The notes: generated by a model not told the origin, from the letters alone. Counted from the stretch's first letter, positions 41,586 to 50,467 are shown. The stretch: 64,000 bases of DNA from an uncultured Bacteroidota bacterium (GCA_902774175.1 CACYHG010000002.1:27297-91296); one strand, 5' to 3'. Translations and numbers: made by a program.

Positions 41586-42473
41586 ATGAAAGGAGAAACC
41601 ATGTTGAAAAATTGTTTTTTAGGTAGTTGTCTGTTACTGGCGGTCATCTCTGTTTCCGCCCAGCCGAAGTTTTTCCCGCACAACAGCCAGCTGGAACGCT
41701 GGTATATTGAGCGTCCGCAGGCGGATTTGCGCGGTGCTGCCCTCAGTGTGATGTCCACGCCCACCATGGGTAAGCTGATGGCCGACAACGGCGTGAAGCC
41801 GGACGAGCTGGTCGGGAACTTCCATTGGATTGATTTTGACCGCAACGGCTGTCCGGACCTGATTTTTCAGGGAAAGATCGGGGAGAAGCAGCGCACCTTC
41901 ATTTTCCGTAATTTGGACGACAGCGCATTTGTCCCGGCAATGGAGGCTGACGGTGAAATTATCCTGGCCAACCGGCCGGAGGATATGAGCACCTTGGCAA
42001 TATCCGTATGGAACAACAGCTGCTGCGGCGACCGTGTTAGCAGCCATTCCCGCTGGGCCTGTGTGCAGGCCAACGGCACCGCCTTCATGCAGCGTCTGGA
42101 CATGGGGCTTGTCTACGACCACACGATGTTGCCGGATGCCGGCAGCCAGTGCATGCCCAAGGCGCGTTTCGTGACCGTAAACTACGGCTCCCTGCTCCGC
42201 ATGACCCCGTTCATCGATGATGAGACCACGTATGACGGCCTGCACGGCTGGAAGGGGAACTTTATTGTGAAGTATATGGAGGGTTCAACCGGCACCATTT
42301 TCCACCAGATAAAGGACAAGTCCGGAACTGTCTGGTACTTTGTGCGTATGGATAATTCGGTCCACCGGATGCTGCACAGCGACCGCTTCAAAAACAGCGA
42401 GGAGGTGGAGCAGCCGAACCAGTATTACTATTACGGCTGGATCCACTCAGGCAACGTGAAGCTGCTGGAATAA
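41586..42473 (+). CDS. Hypothetical secreted protein (295 aa)
   Basis: Signal peptide ...MLKNCFLGSCLLLAVISVSAQ, with an alternative ATG at 41601. DFDRNGCPDLIFQGK resembles an FG-GAP/VCBS-like loop. Confidence 0.6.
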   Translation: MKGETMLKNCFLGSCLLLAVISVSAQPKFFPHNSQLERWYIERPQADLRGAALSVMSTPTMGKLMADNGVKPDELVGNFHWIDFDRNGCPDLIFQGKIGEKQRTFIFRNLDDSAFVPAMEADGEIILANRPEDMSTLAISVWNNSCCGDRVSSHSRWACVQANGTAFMQRLDMGLVYDHTMLPDAGSQCMPKARFVTVNYGSLLRMTPFIDDETTYDGLHGWKGNFIVKYMEGSTGTIFHQIKDKSGTVWYFVRMDNSVHRMLHSDRFKNSEEVEQPNQYYYYGWIHSGNVKLLE

Positions 42474-42514
42474 TTTTTTTCAGCACAAACGTCGTTCCAT
42501 ATCCAAAAATTGAT

Positions 42515-42522
42515 TACTTTTG
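42515..42522 (+). promoter_or_regulatory. -7 box TACTTTTG for the tRNA gene
   Basis: tacttttg lies 30 nt upstream of the mature tRNA 5' end. Confidence 0.5.
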
Positions 42523-42551
42523 CATTTCCTTTCCCGGAGGGGTCAGGAAGC

Positions 42552-42625
42552 GGTCCCTTAGCTCAGTTGGTTAGAGCAGCTGACTCATAATCAGCGGGTC
42601 CTTGGTTCGAGCCCAAGAGGGACCA
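42552..42625 (+). tRNA. tRNA with CAU anticodon, most like tRNA-Ile2 (lysidine-modified); elongator tRNA-Met not excluded
   Basis: The cloverleaf reads GGTCCCT-TA-GCTC-AGTTGGTTA-GAGC-A-GCTGA-CTCATAA-TCAGC-GGGTC-CTTGG-TTCGAGC-CCAAG-AGGGACC-A. The D-arm and anticodon-loop sequence closely resemble E. coli ileX as I remember it. No CCA is encoded. Confidence 0.85.
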
Positions 42626-42651
42626 CTTTTTATTTTTAAAAGAAAAAATCC

Positions 42652-43179
42652 ATGTTACAGCGTATCCAATCCCTTTTTTTGCTGCTGGCCGCCGCCTGCT
42701 ACATTTGGGCCGCCTTCCTGCCGATTGCAACAATCCAGCCCAAGGATGATTCCGGGCGCATCGAATGGAGCCGTGTGGAGGATGATGCTGTAGAGGAGGC
42801 TGTGCCGACGCTTTACACGTATGATGCATGGTCTGTCAGCAGCATGGATGGGAATAAGGTCTGCAATAACGGTTACGTGGCTGTTATGCAACTGATTCTG
42901 GGTGTCTTCTCATTTGTCATCATCTTTTTGTTCAGAAACCGCAAGTTACAGGCCAAACTCTGTGTGACCGCTCTCTTTATTGGGATGCTGCTGCTGGTGC
43001 TGATGCTTTTTGTCTGCCCCGACATGATTTTCCCGAAGACTGCTGCCCTGCGTGGGGCGGAGACGGTCTACTCGCTTTGGACCGTTGTTTCAATGGTCCC
43101 CGTCCTGCTTGTGTATCTGGCACAGAAGTTTATCTTGAAGGATGAGCAGCTGGTCCGTTCCGCTGACCGGCTCCGTTAG
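42652..43179 (+). CDS. Small integral membrane protein (175 aa), function unknown
   Basis: Four hydrophobic helices ([71 protein letters not shown]). Confidence 0.65.
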   Translation: MLQRIQSLFLLLAAACYIWAAFLPIATIQPKDDSGRIEWSRVEDDAVEEAVPTLYTYDAWSVSSMDGNKVCNNGYVAVMQLILGVFSFVIIFLFRNRKLQAKLCVTALFIGMLLLVLMLFVCPDMIFPKTAALRGAETVYSLWTVVSMVPVLLVYLAQKFILKDEQLVRSADRLR

Positions 43180-43181
43180 CG

Positions 43182-45218
43182 ATGGAATTCCGTCTGAAAG
43201 CTCCGTTTGCACCTTCCGGCGACCAGCCGGAGGCAATCCGCCAGTTGGTTGCTGGGCTCCGTGCGGGTTTGCACGACCAGACGCTGCTGGGCGTGACCGG
43301 TTCCGGCAAGACCTTCACCATAGCCAATGTGCTGCAGGAGGTTCAGCGCCCAACGCTGGTGCTCAGCCACAACAAGACTTTGGCGGCGCAATTGTACAGC
43401 GAGTTTCTGGAATTTTTCCCTGAAAACAAGGTGGAGTATTTCGTCTCCTATTACGACTATTACCAGCCGGAGGCATACATCCCCACCACCAACACCTATA
43501 TTGAAAAGGATCTCTCCATCAACGATGAGATTGAGAAGTTGAGGCTGAGCGCAACCACCGCATTGCTTTCCGGACGGCGCGATGTGGTTGTGGTCTCATC
43601 TGTTTCCTGCATTTACGGCATTGGCAATCCGGAGGAGTTCGCCAAAAACACGCAGCATCTGCGTGTCGGGCAGAAGATAGTGCGTAACAAGCTGCTGCGC
43701 GATCTGGTCAACGCACTGTATGCCCGTACGGAGACGGTGCTGGAGCGTGGCCGTTTCCGCGTCAAGGGAGACCAGGTGGACATTTTTCCGGCCTATGCGG
43801 ACGAGGCCTACCGGCTCACCTTCTGGGGCGACGAGATTGAATCCATTTCGGCCATCGATCCGGTGGAGGGCCATTTTCTGGAGAAGATGGAGCGGCTTAC
43901 AGTCTATCCGGCCAATATTTTTGTCACCTCTCCCGACATCATCAACCAGGCGGTTACTGAAATCCAGTCCGATCTTGTAAAACAGGCCGAATACTTCCGG
44001 AGTGTTGACAAACATCTGGAGGCCAAACGGCTGGAGGAGCGTGTCACCTACGATGTGGAGATGATAAAGGAGTTGGGATACTGCTCCGGTGTGGAGAACT
44101 ATTCGCGCTATTTCGACCGCCGTAGGGAGGGGGAGCGTCCCTTCTGCCTGCTGGACTATTTCCCTGATGATTTCCTGCTGGTTATAGACGAGAGCCATGT
44201 GACTGTGCCGCAAATCCGTGGCATGTACGAAGGGGACCGTTCACGCAAGCGCAATCTGGTGGAATACGGGTTCCGGCTGCCGGCCGCCCTTGACAACCGC
44301 CCGCTGAAGTTTGACGAGTTCGAGTCGCTGGTGGGGCAGACCATCTACATTTCGGCCACGCCTGCGGAATTTGAGCTGCAGGCCTCCGAAGGGGCGGTGG
44401 TGGAGCAGGTTGTGCGTCCCACGGGGCTGCTTGATCCGGTGATTGAGGTGCGTCCCTGCACCCGTCAGGTGGATGACCTGCTGGATGAGATTGAACAGGT
44501 GGTCGGAAAAGGGGAGCGGGTGCTTGTAACCACGCTGACCAAACGTATGGCGGAGGATCTCACAGCCTACCTGCAGCGGATTGATGTCCGCGTGCAGTAC
44601 ATCCATTCGGATGTGGAGACTCTGGAGCGTGTGGAGATTCTGGACAACCTGCGGGCCGGCGCAATCGATGTGCTGGTGGGGGTGAACCTGCTGCGTGAAG
44701 GGTTGGATTTGCCGGAGGTCTCCCTTGTGGCGATCCTGGATGCGGACAAGGAGGGTTTCCTGCGTTCCGCCCGTGCGCTCACGCAGACTGCAGGACGTGC
44801 CGCCCGCAACGTGAACGGGCGGGTGATTTTCTACGGCGACCACATCACGCCTTCCATGCAGCAGACCATCGATGAGACCAACCGCCGGCGTGAGAAACAG
44901 ATGCGCTACAACCGCGAGCATAACATTGTGCCTCAGACAGTGCGGCGCACCCGCAAGTCGCTCAAGCAGGAACAGGAGCCGTCAGCGTACGAAATGCCGG
45001 ATGCCGGCACTTCCGCATCGGCGCAAACGCAGATGGTGCGGGAGGAGGCCGCCGTCTACTTTTCGGAAAAGGAGCTAAAACAGCTGCTCAAATCCAAGTC
45101 CAAGGCGCTGGAGGCCGCTGTCAAGGAGCTGGATTTTGTTGAAGCCGCGCGTCTCCGTGATGAGATCAAGGCACTGAAGGAGCGGGTCTCATCCGCAGCT
45201 GCTCAAGGGCATCGTTGA
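43182..45218 (+). CDS. uvrB: Excinuclease ABC subunit B
   Basis: [19 protein letters not shown], the [10 protein letters not shown] beta-hairpin and the C-terminal UVR domain [14 protein letters not shown]. The last 8 codons plus the stop lie inside repeat copy A. Confidence 0.95.
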   Translation: MEFRLKAPFAPSGDQPEAIRQLVAGLRAGLHDQTLLGVTGSGKTFTIANVLQEVQRPTLVLSHNKTLAAQLYSEFLEFFPENKVEYFVSYYDYYQPEAYIPTTNTYIEKDLSINDEIEKLRLSATTALLSGRRDVVVVSSVSCIYGIGNPEEFAKNTQHLRVGQKIVRNKLLRDLVNALYARTETVLERGRFRVKGDQVDIFPAYADEAYRLTFWGDEIESISAIDPVEGHFLEKMERLTVYPANIFVTSPDIINQAVTEIQSDLVKQAEYFRSVDKHLEAKRLEERVTYDVEMIKELGYCSGVENYSRYFDRRREGERPFCLLDYFPDDFLLVIDESHVTVPQIRGMYEGDRSRKRNLVEYGFRLPAALDNRPLKFDEFESLVGQTIYISATPAEFELQASEGAVVEQVVRPTGLLDPVIEVRPCTRQVDDLLDEIEQVVGKGERVLVTTLTKRMAEDLTAYLQRIDVRVQYIHSDVETLERVEILDNLRAGAIDVLVGVNLLREGLDLPEVSLVAILDADKEGFLRSARALTQTAGRAARNVNGRVIFYGDHITPSMQQTIDETNRRREKQMRYNREHNIVPQTVRRTRKSLKQEQEPSAYEMPDAGTSASAQTQMVREEAAVYFSEKELKQLLKSKSKALEAAVKELDFVEAARLRDEIKALKERVSSAAAQGHR

Positions 45219-45324
45219 GCACCTCAATCTGCAGCGCGATTTCGGTGTTGGTCTCCTCCTGCTGCCGGTTGATGTCGTTCTGGTCGTGTAGAATCTCTTT
45301 AAGGTGCCAAAATGGCACCTTAAA
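45193..45324. repeat. 132-bp direct repeat, copy A (overlaps the uvrB 3' end and ends in a hairpin)
   Basis: 130/132 identical to 46498-46629. The mismatches are at 45221 (A vs G) and 45228 (T vs A). Confidence 0.9.
45298..45324. other. Perfect 12-bp-stem hairpin at the right edge of repeat copy A
   Basis: tttaaggtgcca-aaa-tggcaccttaaa. No T-run follows on either strand. Confidence 0.8.
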
Positions 45325-45462
45325 CATGAAAGATTGTCTTCGTTCAGTCTGATGAGGTTTGGGTCGTCAGATCAGTGTAAAAAAACGGTTTTTAAATCAA
45401 TTGTGTTAAATCGTAGTACATCGGTACTGTGTCGCCATTGTTTTTACTTTTCCTTCTTTCAG

Positions 45463-45621
45463 TTAGAATGTAAAAGTAAGCATCGATTGGATGAAAGAAG
45501 CACCTTGGGCCACACGTGCCTTCTCCTCGTCTGAAGCCTTTTCATGTTTTTCCATTTCAGCAACAAACTCGTAAGCGTCGTCTCCCTTCAAAACAGGTGT
45601 CGGTTCAATGGGTTTTGCCAT
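45463..45621 (-). CDS. Small hypothetical protein (52 aa), below the track ORF cutoff
   Basis: My own translation gives MAKPIEPTPVLKGDDAYEFVAEMEKHEKASDEEKARVAQGASFIQSMLTFTF. A TACTTTTG box lies 22 nt upstream (45643-45650). Confidence 0.45.
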   Translation of the reverse strand: MAKPIEPTPVLKGDDAYEFVAEMEKHEKASDEEKARVAQGASFIQSMLTFTF

Positions 45622-45642
45622 AAATTATTATTTTTCAAAGTG

Positions 45643-45650
45643 CAAAAGTA
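45643..45650 (-). promoter_or_regulatory. -7 box (TACTTTTG) for the 52-aa ORF
   Basis: The plus strand reads caaaagta, within the 10-mer tgcaaaagta shared by 8 promoters in this window. Confidence 0.45.
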
Positions 45651-45781
45651 CAACTTTTATCTCAAATGTTGGAGTTTTATTGACTTTTTTTTTATATTGT
45701 AAAAAAAACAATCGTAACTCTCTGATAAATATATGATTTTTTTGAGATATGGAAGGTTGAATTCGGGAATGAGTAATTCAG

Positions 45782-46351
45782 TTATAACAGACCTAATTCG
45801 TTTTCGCATTCATAACAGACAAATATGATTTTACAAATAGCATCTTTTTTCAAATAGATAATTACCTCCGTGAATTCTGATTCATCAATGAAACGAATTT
45901 TGTCACATTTGATTTTACGATGGTAATATGCTTCCAATTTTTTTCTTTCATCCCCCACTTTAATGTGATTGGACAAAGATATTAAAGTGTCTGAAATGAC
46001 AGCACTCAATAGAGATTTGCCATATTCGTCACTTTCAGCAAACAGCATGTACGAATCATGATAGCACATTTTTTTCAGATTGTATGTTCTTTCGCCTGCC
46101 TGAATTTTATGATTGTTAATGCTGTCTGCATTATTTTCAAGCCATTCAATGGTGGAATTTGTAAATGGTGATGTTTGTAATTGTGAGTCATAAATGGTGG
46201 AATCATTTTCCATGAACGTTGAATCCCAATTTAATGTAGGTTCATGGATTATGGCATTTTCCTCCTGTCGGGAATTTGTCTGCTGTGTGTTTTGGGAACT
46301 GCAGCCAAATGCCAATGCGATTAAAAGGCAAATAAATGATGCTGTCTTCAT
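45782..46351 (-). CDS. Hypothetical lipoprotein (189 aa) in the low-GC islet
   Basis: MKTASFICLLIALAFGCSSQ has a lipobox. I prefer the start at 46351 because the -7 box at 46376-46383 lies only 10 nt from the alternative ATG at 46366. The gene is AT-rich. Confidence 0.65.
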   Translation of the reverse strand: MKTASFICLLIALAFGCSSQNTQQTNSRQEENAIIHEPTLNWDSTFMENDSTIYDSQLQTSPFTNSTIEWLENNADSINNHKIQAGERTYNLKKMCYHDSYMLFAESDEYGKSLLSAVISDTLISLSNHIKVGDERKKLEAYYHRKIKCDKIRFIDESEFTEVIIYLKKDAICKIIFVCYECENELGLL

Positions 46352-46375
46352 GATATTAATGTTCAATCAATTTGC

Positions 46376-46383
46376 AAAAGTAC
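46376..46383 (-). promoter_or_regulatory. -7 box (TACTTTTG) for the islet lipoprotein
   Basis: The plus strand reads caaaagta, 25 nt upstream of the ATG at 46351. Confidence 0.45.
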
Positions 46384-46431
46384 TCAAATTCTGCACACAA
46401 AGTGCCTTTGCCGGAAAAAAATATCAAAAAT

Positions 46432-46623
46432 TTATTCCCCTGTATCCGTGTCCTCCTGCCGGAACCCAATCTGTTTCCGAGGTGACTCCGGTTTCGCCCG
46501 CAGCTGCTCAAGGGCATCGTTGAGCGCCTCAAACTGCAGCGCGATTTCGGTGTTGGTCTCCTCCTGCTGCCGGTTGATGTCGTTCTGGTCGTGTAGAATC
46601 TCTTTAAGGTGCCAAAATGGCAC
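46432..46623 (-). CDS. Possible small ORF (63 aa, GTG start) whose first 44 codons are the repeat sequence
   Basis: [63 protein letters not shown]. It starts inside the hairpin, uses a non-ATG start, and matches no family I recognise. It may not be expressed. Confidence 0.25.
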   Translation of the reverse strand: MPFWHLKEILHDQNDINRQQEETNTEIALQFEALNDALEQLRAKPESPRKQIGFRQEDTDTGE

Positions 46624-46629
46624 CTTAAA
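46498..46629. repeat. 132-bp direct repeat, copy B (ends in a hairpin 8 nt from the rhuM stop)
   Basis: 130/132 identical to 45193-45324. Confidence 0.9.
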
Positions 46630-46630
46630 G
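46602..46630. other. Perfect 13-bp-stem hairpin at the right edge of repeat copy B
   Basis: ctttaaggtgcca-aaa-tggcaccttaaag. Confidence 0.8.
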
Positions 46631-46637
46631 AGTCAAA

Positions 46638-47546
46638 TTAAATGTTTTTAAGAATCATTTCTGCAGATACCTCCATCTTTGAGAATGCGAACAGCCGTTT
46701 GCCTAGGTCTTTAAAGGAGGCGCCAATGTGGTAGACAGTATTGTCAGTAATAAGAAATCGGTCGTGGAAGTTATTCGATTCCATGATGTTTATGGGTGTA
46801 TATTGTCGGCTGTGTCTTTCGATGTCAAGAGCCAATGCCTCGCTGATATTCCTTGTGATAATGGTTGCTTGGACGGATGTTTCCCGTTTGGAAAGCATCA
46901 GCAGCACAGATTCGTCAATATAATTGTCAATTAGAGTGATGTTTTCCTTGGCCGACTTTATCAGATCAGTTGCAAAGACGTAGGCGTCGAATATTTGTCC
47001 GTTGTAGAACACCCCTTCTTTCTGTGGTAGGGAAGTGCGTACAAAAAAATCCACTTTTTCCTGTAGCTCATGTATCTGTTCCGTATGTTCCTGTAGCTGA
47101 TGATCGATCCTTTGTTCCATGAACATCATATGTCTGTTAATACTGTATCCATGCAGTAGATATTCTTTGAGAATCCTGCTTGCCCACTGTCGGAACCGTA
47201 CGCCACAAATGGAGTTGACCCTGTAGCCTACACTGATTATCAAGTCCAGATTGTAAAATGTTACTTCATGCGTTTGTGTTTTACCATGAATGGCTCCGTG
47301 TTGGGTGGTTGTTGCATTTTTTGCAACAACCATATCCTGTTTCAGCTCACCACAGTCAAAGATATTTTTGATATGGCGGGATATGGTTGATTTGTTGCGC
47401 TGGAACAGTAATGCCATCTGGTCTAAAGTCAGCCAGACAGTTTCATTTGCCAGCTGTACCTCCAATTGCACTATGCCATCATCGCTTTTGTATACAACGA
47501 TGGATTCATCAGATGGTTGGAATATCGTCAGATTAGTGTTATCCAT
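46638..47546 (-). CDS. rhuM: RhuM-family (virulence-associated/DNA-binding) protein
   Basis: IVVYKSDDGIVQLEVQLANETVWLTLDQMALLFQRNKSTISRHIKNIF...FYNLDLIISVGYRVNSICGVRFRQWASRILKEYL matches the conserved RhuM N-terminal region. GC is lower than the flanking genes. Confidence 0.8.
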   Translation of the reverse strand: MDNTNLTIFQPSDESIVVYKSDDGIVQLEVQLANETVWLTLDQMALLFQRNKSTISRHIKNIFDCGELKQDMVVAKNATTTQHGAIHGKTQTHEVTFYNLDLIISVGYRVNSICGVRFRQWASRILKEYLLHGYSINRHMMFMEQRIDHQLQEHTEQIHELQEKVDFFVRTSLPQKEGVFYNGQIFDAYVFATDLIKSAKENITLIDNYIDESVLLMLSKRETSVQATIITRNISEALALDIERHSRQYTPINIMESNNFHDRFLITDNTVYHIGASFKDLGKRLFAFSKMEVSAEMILKNI

Positions 47547-47587
47547 TTTTTTACTTTGTTAGTGGTTGTAATGTTAGTGAACTTTTG

Positions 47588-47595
47588 CAAAAGTA
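47588..47595 (-). promoter_or_regulatory. -7 box (TACTTTTG) for rhuM, inside the 14-bp palindrome acttttgcaaaagt
   Basis: The plus strand reads caaaagta, 42 nt upstream of the ATG at 47546. Confidence 0.45.
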
Positions 47596-47707
47596 GTCAT
47601 TTTTCCGACAGCTTTTCTCGAAACAGTTTAATTTATTATAACTCGTTGATATGAATATATATAACGATTAATGTAAAAAAAGCTGTAATCCGTATTCAGA
47701 TTTCGTG

Positions 47708-47715
47708 TATCTTTG
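47708..47715 (+). promoter_or_regulatory. -7 box TATCTTTG for pepP
   Basis: tatctttg lies 25 nt upstream of the ATG at 47740. Confidence 0.5.
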
Positions 47716-47739
47716 CACTCTCATTAAAAAAACAGAACC

Positions 47740-49128
47740 ATGTTTAGCAAAGAAACCTACCTGCAACGCAGGAACCAACTGAAAAACAGTGTTAAAAACG
47801 GAGTGTTGCTTTTCCTTGGCAACAACGAGGCTCCGATGAACTATCCCTCTAACACCTACCGTTTCCGGCAGGACAGCCATTTCCTCTATTTCTTCGGCCT
47901 GCAGCTGGACCATCTGGCCGCCGTCATCGACGCGGATGAGGACCGTGAAATCCTTTTCGGCGACGACTACACCATCGACGACATCATCTGGATGGGGGAC
48001 CAGCCGAGCATCCAATCCCTTGCGGAACGCTGCGGCGTTGCCGAAAGCCGTCCCTTCGCAGCCCTGGCCGAATATCTGAAAAAGGCGCAGGAGGCCGGAC
48101 GCACAATCCATTTTCTGCCGCCGTACCGTCATGACAACAGAATCCTGCTGCACCAGCTGCTGGGGATTCCGTTCGAAAAGCTGAAGGAGTCCGCTTCCGT
48201 CCCGATGATCAAAGGGGTGGTGGCGTTGCGGGAGCGTAAGAGTGCCGAAGAGATTGCAGAAATGGAGAAAATCTGTGACCTCGGTGTCGACATGCACCTC
48301 TCCGCAATGCGTGGTGCCAAGGCAGGCCGTCTTGAACGCGAGCTGGCCGGTACCGCTGAGGGAATATCCATGAGCGGCGGCGCGGGTGTCTCATTCCCGG
48401 TCATCCTGTCCCAAAACGGTGAGACACTGCACAACCACAACCATGAACAGCTGCTCGAAAACGGACGTATGCTGCTTTGCGATGCCGGTGCTGAGGCCAT
48501 GTCCGGCTATTCTTCCGACTACACGCGCACCTTCCCTGTGAGCGGCAAGTTCACCCAGAAGCAGCGTGAAATCTATGAGATTGTTTTGCGTGCCAACATG
48601 GAGACCTTCCAGCTGGCGCGTCCGGGCATCCGCTATTTCGAGGTGCATCTGAACGCATACCGCGTAATTGCCGAAGGGCTGACAGCATTGGGGCTTATGA
48701 AGGGCAATCCGGCGGACGCGGCGTTGGCCGGCGCACCCGCGCTCTTCATGCCGCACGGCCTCGGCCACATGCTCGGCCTTGATGTGCACGACATGGAGGA
48801 TCTTGGCGAAAACTATGTGGGCTATGACGAAACATTCCAGCGCAGCACCATCTTCGGGCACGGCAGCCTTCGTTGCGGCAAGACATTGCAGCCCGGCTTC
48901 ATCGTGACGGACGAGCCCGGCATCTACTTCATCCCGAAACTTATCGCCATCTGGGAGAAGGAGGGGCGTTTCGCCGAATACATTAATTATAATAAGGTGA
49001 GGGAATACATCGGCTTCGGAGGCATCCGCATCGAGGACGATGTGCTCATTACCGATACCGGCTGCCGTTTGCTGGGCAAACCGCTGCCCAAGCAGCCCGA
49101 CGAACTCGAAGCCATTATCGGCAAATAA
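47740..49128 (+). CDS. pepP: Xaa-Pro aminopeptidase (M24B, aminopeptidase P family)
   Basis: YRFRQDSHFLYFFG, the DAGAE...YSSDYTRTFP and HGLGHMLGLDVHD metal ligands, and GIRIEDDVLIT. Confidence 0.85.
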   Translation: MFSKETYLQRRNQLKNSVKNGVLLFLGNNEAPMNYPSNTYRFRQDSHFLYFFGLQLDHLAAVIDADEDREILFGDDYTIDDIIWMGDQPSIQSLAERCGVAESRPFAALAEYLKKAQEAGRTIHFLPPYRHDNRILLHQLLGIPFEKLKESASVPMIKGVVALRERKSAEEIAEMEKICDLGVDMHLSAMRGAKAGRLERELAGTAEGISMSGGAGVSFPVILSQNGETLHNHNHEQLLENGRMLLCDAGAEAMSGYSSDYTRTFPVSGKFTQKQREIYEIVLRANMETFQLARPGIRYFEVHLNAYRVIAEGLTALGLMKGNPADAALAGAPALFMPHGLGHMLGLDVHDMEDLGENYVGYDETFQRSTIFGHGSLRCGKTLQPGFIVTDEPGIYFIPKLIAIWEKEGRFAEYINYNKVREYIGFGGIRIEDDVLITDTGCRLLGKPLPKQPDELEAIIGK

Positions 49129-49160
49129 AAAAGAGAGGGTCAACCGACCCTCTCTTTTTA
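49127..49160. terminator. Bidirectional rho-independent terminator between convergent pepP and the OMP gene
   Basis: A perfect 11-bp stem aagagagggtc-aacc-gaccctctctt, flanked by an A-run on the left and a T-run on the right. Confidence 0.75.
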
Positions 49161-49871
49161 GTATATCGCTATGGTTAGTCCCACGCTGAAGGGATGCACT
49201 TGCGGGTTGCCCTCCTCGAACATCTTTGTCAGCATGTAGGAGGCATTTAGGTCAAAATATTTCCAGCCGGTGTGGAAGGTCAGCTCCACAGGCACTTTTG
49301 TCCTGTTGGGGATTTTGTTGTTTTTGATATGCACGTCCCTGTTGCTGTTGCCGTCGTATTGCAGAACTTCGCAGTTCGCGCCCACATATTTGCTGTGGAT
49401 GTCCGCCATAAGGCCCACACGCACGCCGCAGGTTATCTTCCATTCGGCGGTCGGGTGAAAATAGCGGAATTCCAATGGAATATGCAGATATGTGAAGGAT
49501 AGTTTGTTTACGCTGTATTTTGTCGTTTCCGGCAGCGGGACCATCACCACGTCATAGTTGTCGTTGATTATGCTGTAGGCGTTGGAATAGAGGTTGTGGC
49601 TGCATACGCCTACGCCCAATCCGAAGCTGAACGGGCTCTCCTTCCGGAGCGGCAGGTCGAACAGGAAACTGGCGTTGAAGCCGCGGTTGAACCCCTGCTG
49701 TTTCACACCCTCAGGCAGTCCCAGCCAGTAGGAGTAGAAAAAGTCTGTAAACAGGCGGTTCTTGATAATCAGTTTTTTGCTTGTCTTTTCAGTTTGGATG
49801 GTGTCTTGGGCCAATAGTGTGTTGCCTCCGGTCAGGAGGATTGCGAAAGCCAAAATTGCAATTTGTTTCAT
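49158..49871 (-). CDS. Small outer-membrane beta-barrel protein (237 aa)
   Basis: Signal peptide MKQIAILAFAILLTGGNTLLAQ, alternating strands, and a canonical aromatic C-terminus ...VGLTIAIY. Confidence 0.7.
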   Translation of the reverse strand: MKQIAILAFAILLTGGNTLLAQDTIQTEKTSKKLIIKNRLFTDFFYSYWLGLPEGVKQQGFNRGFNASFLFDLPLRKESPFSFGLGVGVCSHNLYSNAYSIINDNYDVVMVPLPETTKYSVNKLSFTYLHIPLEFRYFHPTAEWKITCGVRVGLMADIHSKYVGANCEVLQYDGNSNRDVHIKNNKIPNRTKVPVELTFHTGWKYFDLNASYMLTKMFEEGNPQVHPFSVGLTIAIY

Positions 49872-49916
49872 GTGTCAGATTTTATTTCAAAACCATTTAA
49901 CGTATGATGCGGCGGA

Positions 49917-50408
49917 TTATTGTGCCTGTTTGCTGACTGCATTCAGGTTTTCTTTGGAAAAAGAGAAGGGAAGCAGTTCTGCGGCCTTCTGCAGCACTAT
50001 GACGCTGCCGTTTGCGGCGCCCATCAGCAGCCGTATGGGGCTGTTCTGCCTCTGTTCATATTCAAGCAGCACCTGACGGCATCCGCCGCATGGCGAAAGC
50101 GGCATTTCCGAACTTTCGGCCACCAATGCCAGAGCGATGATGCGCTTTTCAGGAAATTGTGCCGACGCGGAAAAGAGGGCGACCCTTTCAGCACACAACC
50201 CCTGCGGGTAGGAGGCGTTCTCCTGGTTGTTACCGCACACGATGCTCCCGTCCTCCATACGGAGGGCGGCACCTACCCGGAAACGGGAGTAGGGTGCGTA
50301 GGCTTTGGCGGCGCTTTCCAGTGCGGCTTGCAGCAGTTGGGTGTCCGCGGCGGCCAGCTCCTTCCAGGAGCCGTAGCTTTCAAAGTTCAAATGAATTTCC
50401 TGTTTCAT
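49917..50408 (-). CDS. cdd: Cytidine deaminase
   Basis: APYSRFRVGAAL, the CAERVALF (H/C-A-E) motif and the PCGGCRQ zinc motif. Confidence 0.85.
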   Translation of the reverse strand: MKQEIHLNFESYGSWKELAAADTQLLQAALESAAKAYAPYSRFRVGAALRMEDGSIVCGNNQENASYPQGLCAERVALFSASAQFPEKRIIALALVAESSEMPLSPCGGCRQVLLEYEQRQNSPIRLLMGAANGSVIVLQKAAELLPFSFSKENLNAVSKQAQ

Positions 50409-50418
50409 GGCTGTCAGG

Positions 50419-50452
50419 TAAAAAAAAAGGCTTCCGTTGGGAAGCCTTTTTT
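50419..50452 (-). terminator. Rho-independent terminator after the T9SS-cargo gene
   Basis: A 9-bp stem aaggcttcc-gttg-ggaagcctt. The A-run on the plus strand is the U-run for the minus-strand transcript. Confidence 0.7.
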
Positions 50453-50467
50453 AGTATGGTAAAATCA

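Noticed and set aside
45304-45534. 76-aa plus-strand ORF starting in the copy-A hairpin
   Set aside because: It has a GTG start inside a palindrome, and the product is Cys/Phe/Ser-rich and nonsense-like. It overlaps the better-supported 52-aa minus-strand ORF, which has a promoter box.
46602-46630. TGGCAC within the hairpin as a possible sigma-54 (-24) element
   Set aside because: No TTGC -12 element lies at the required spacing. The TGGCAC is simply one arm of the palindrome.
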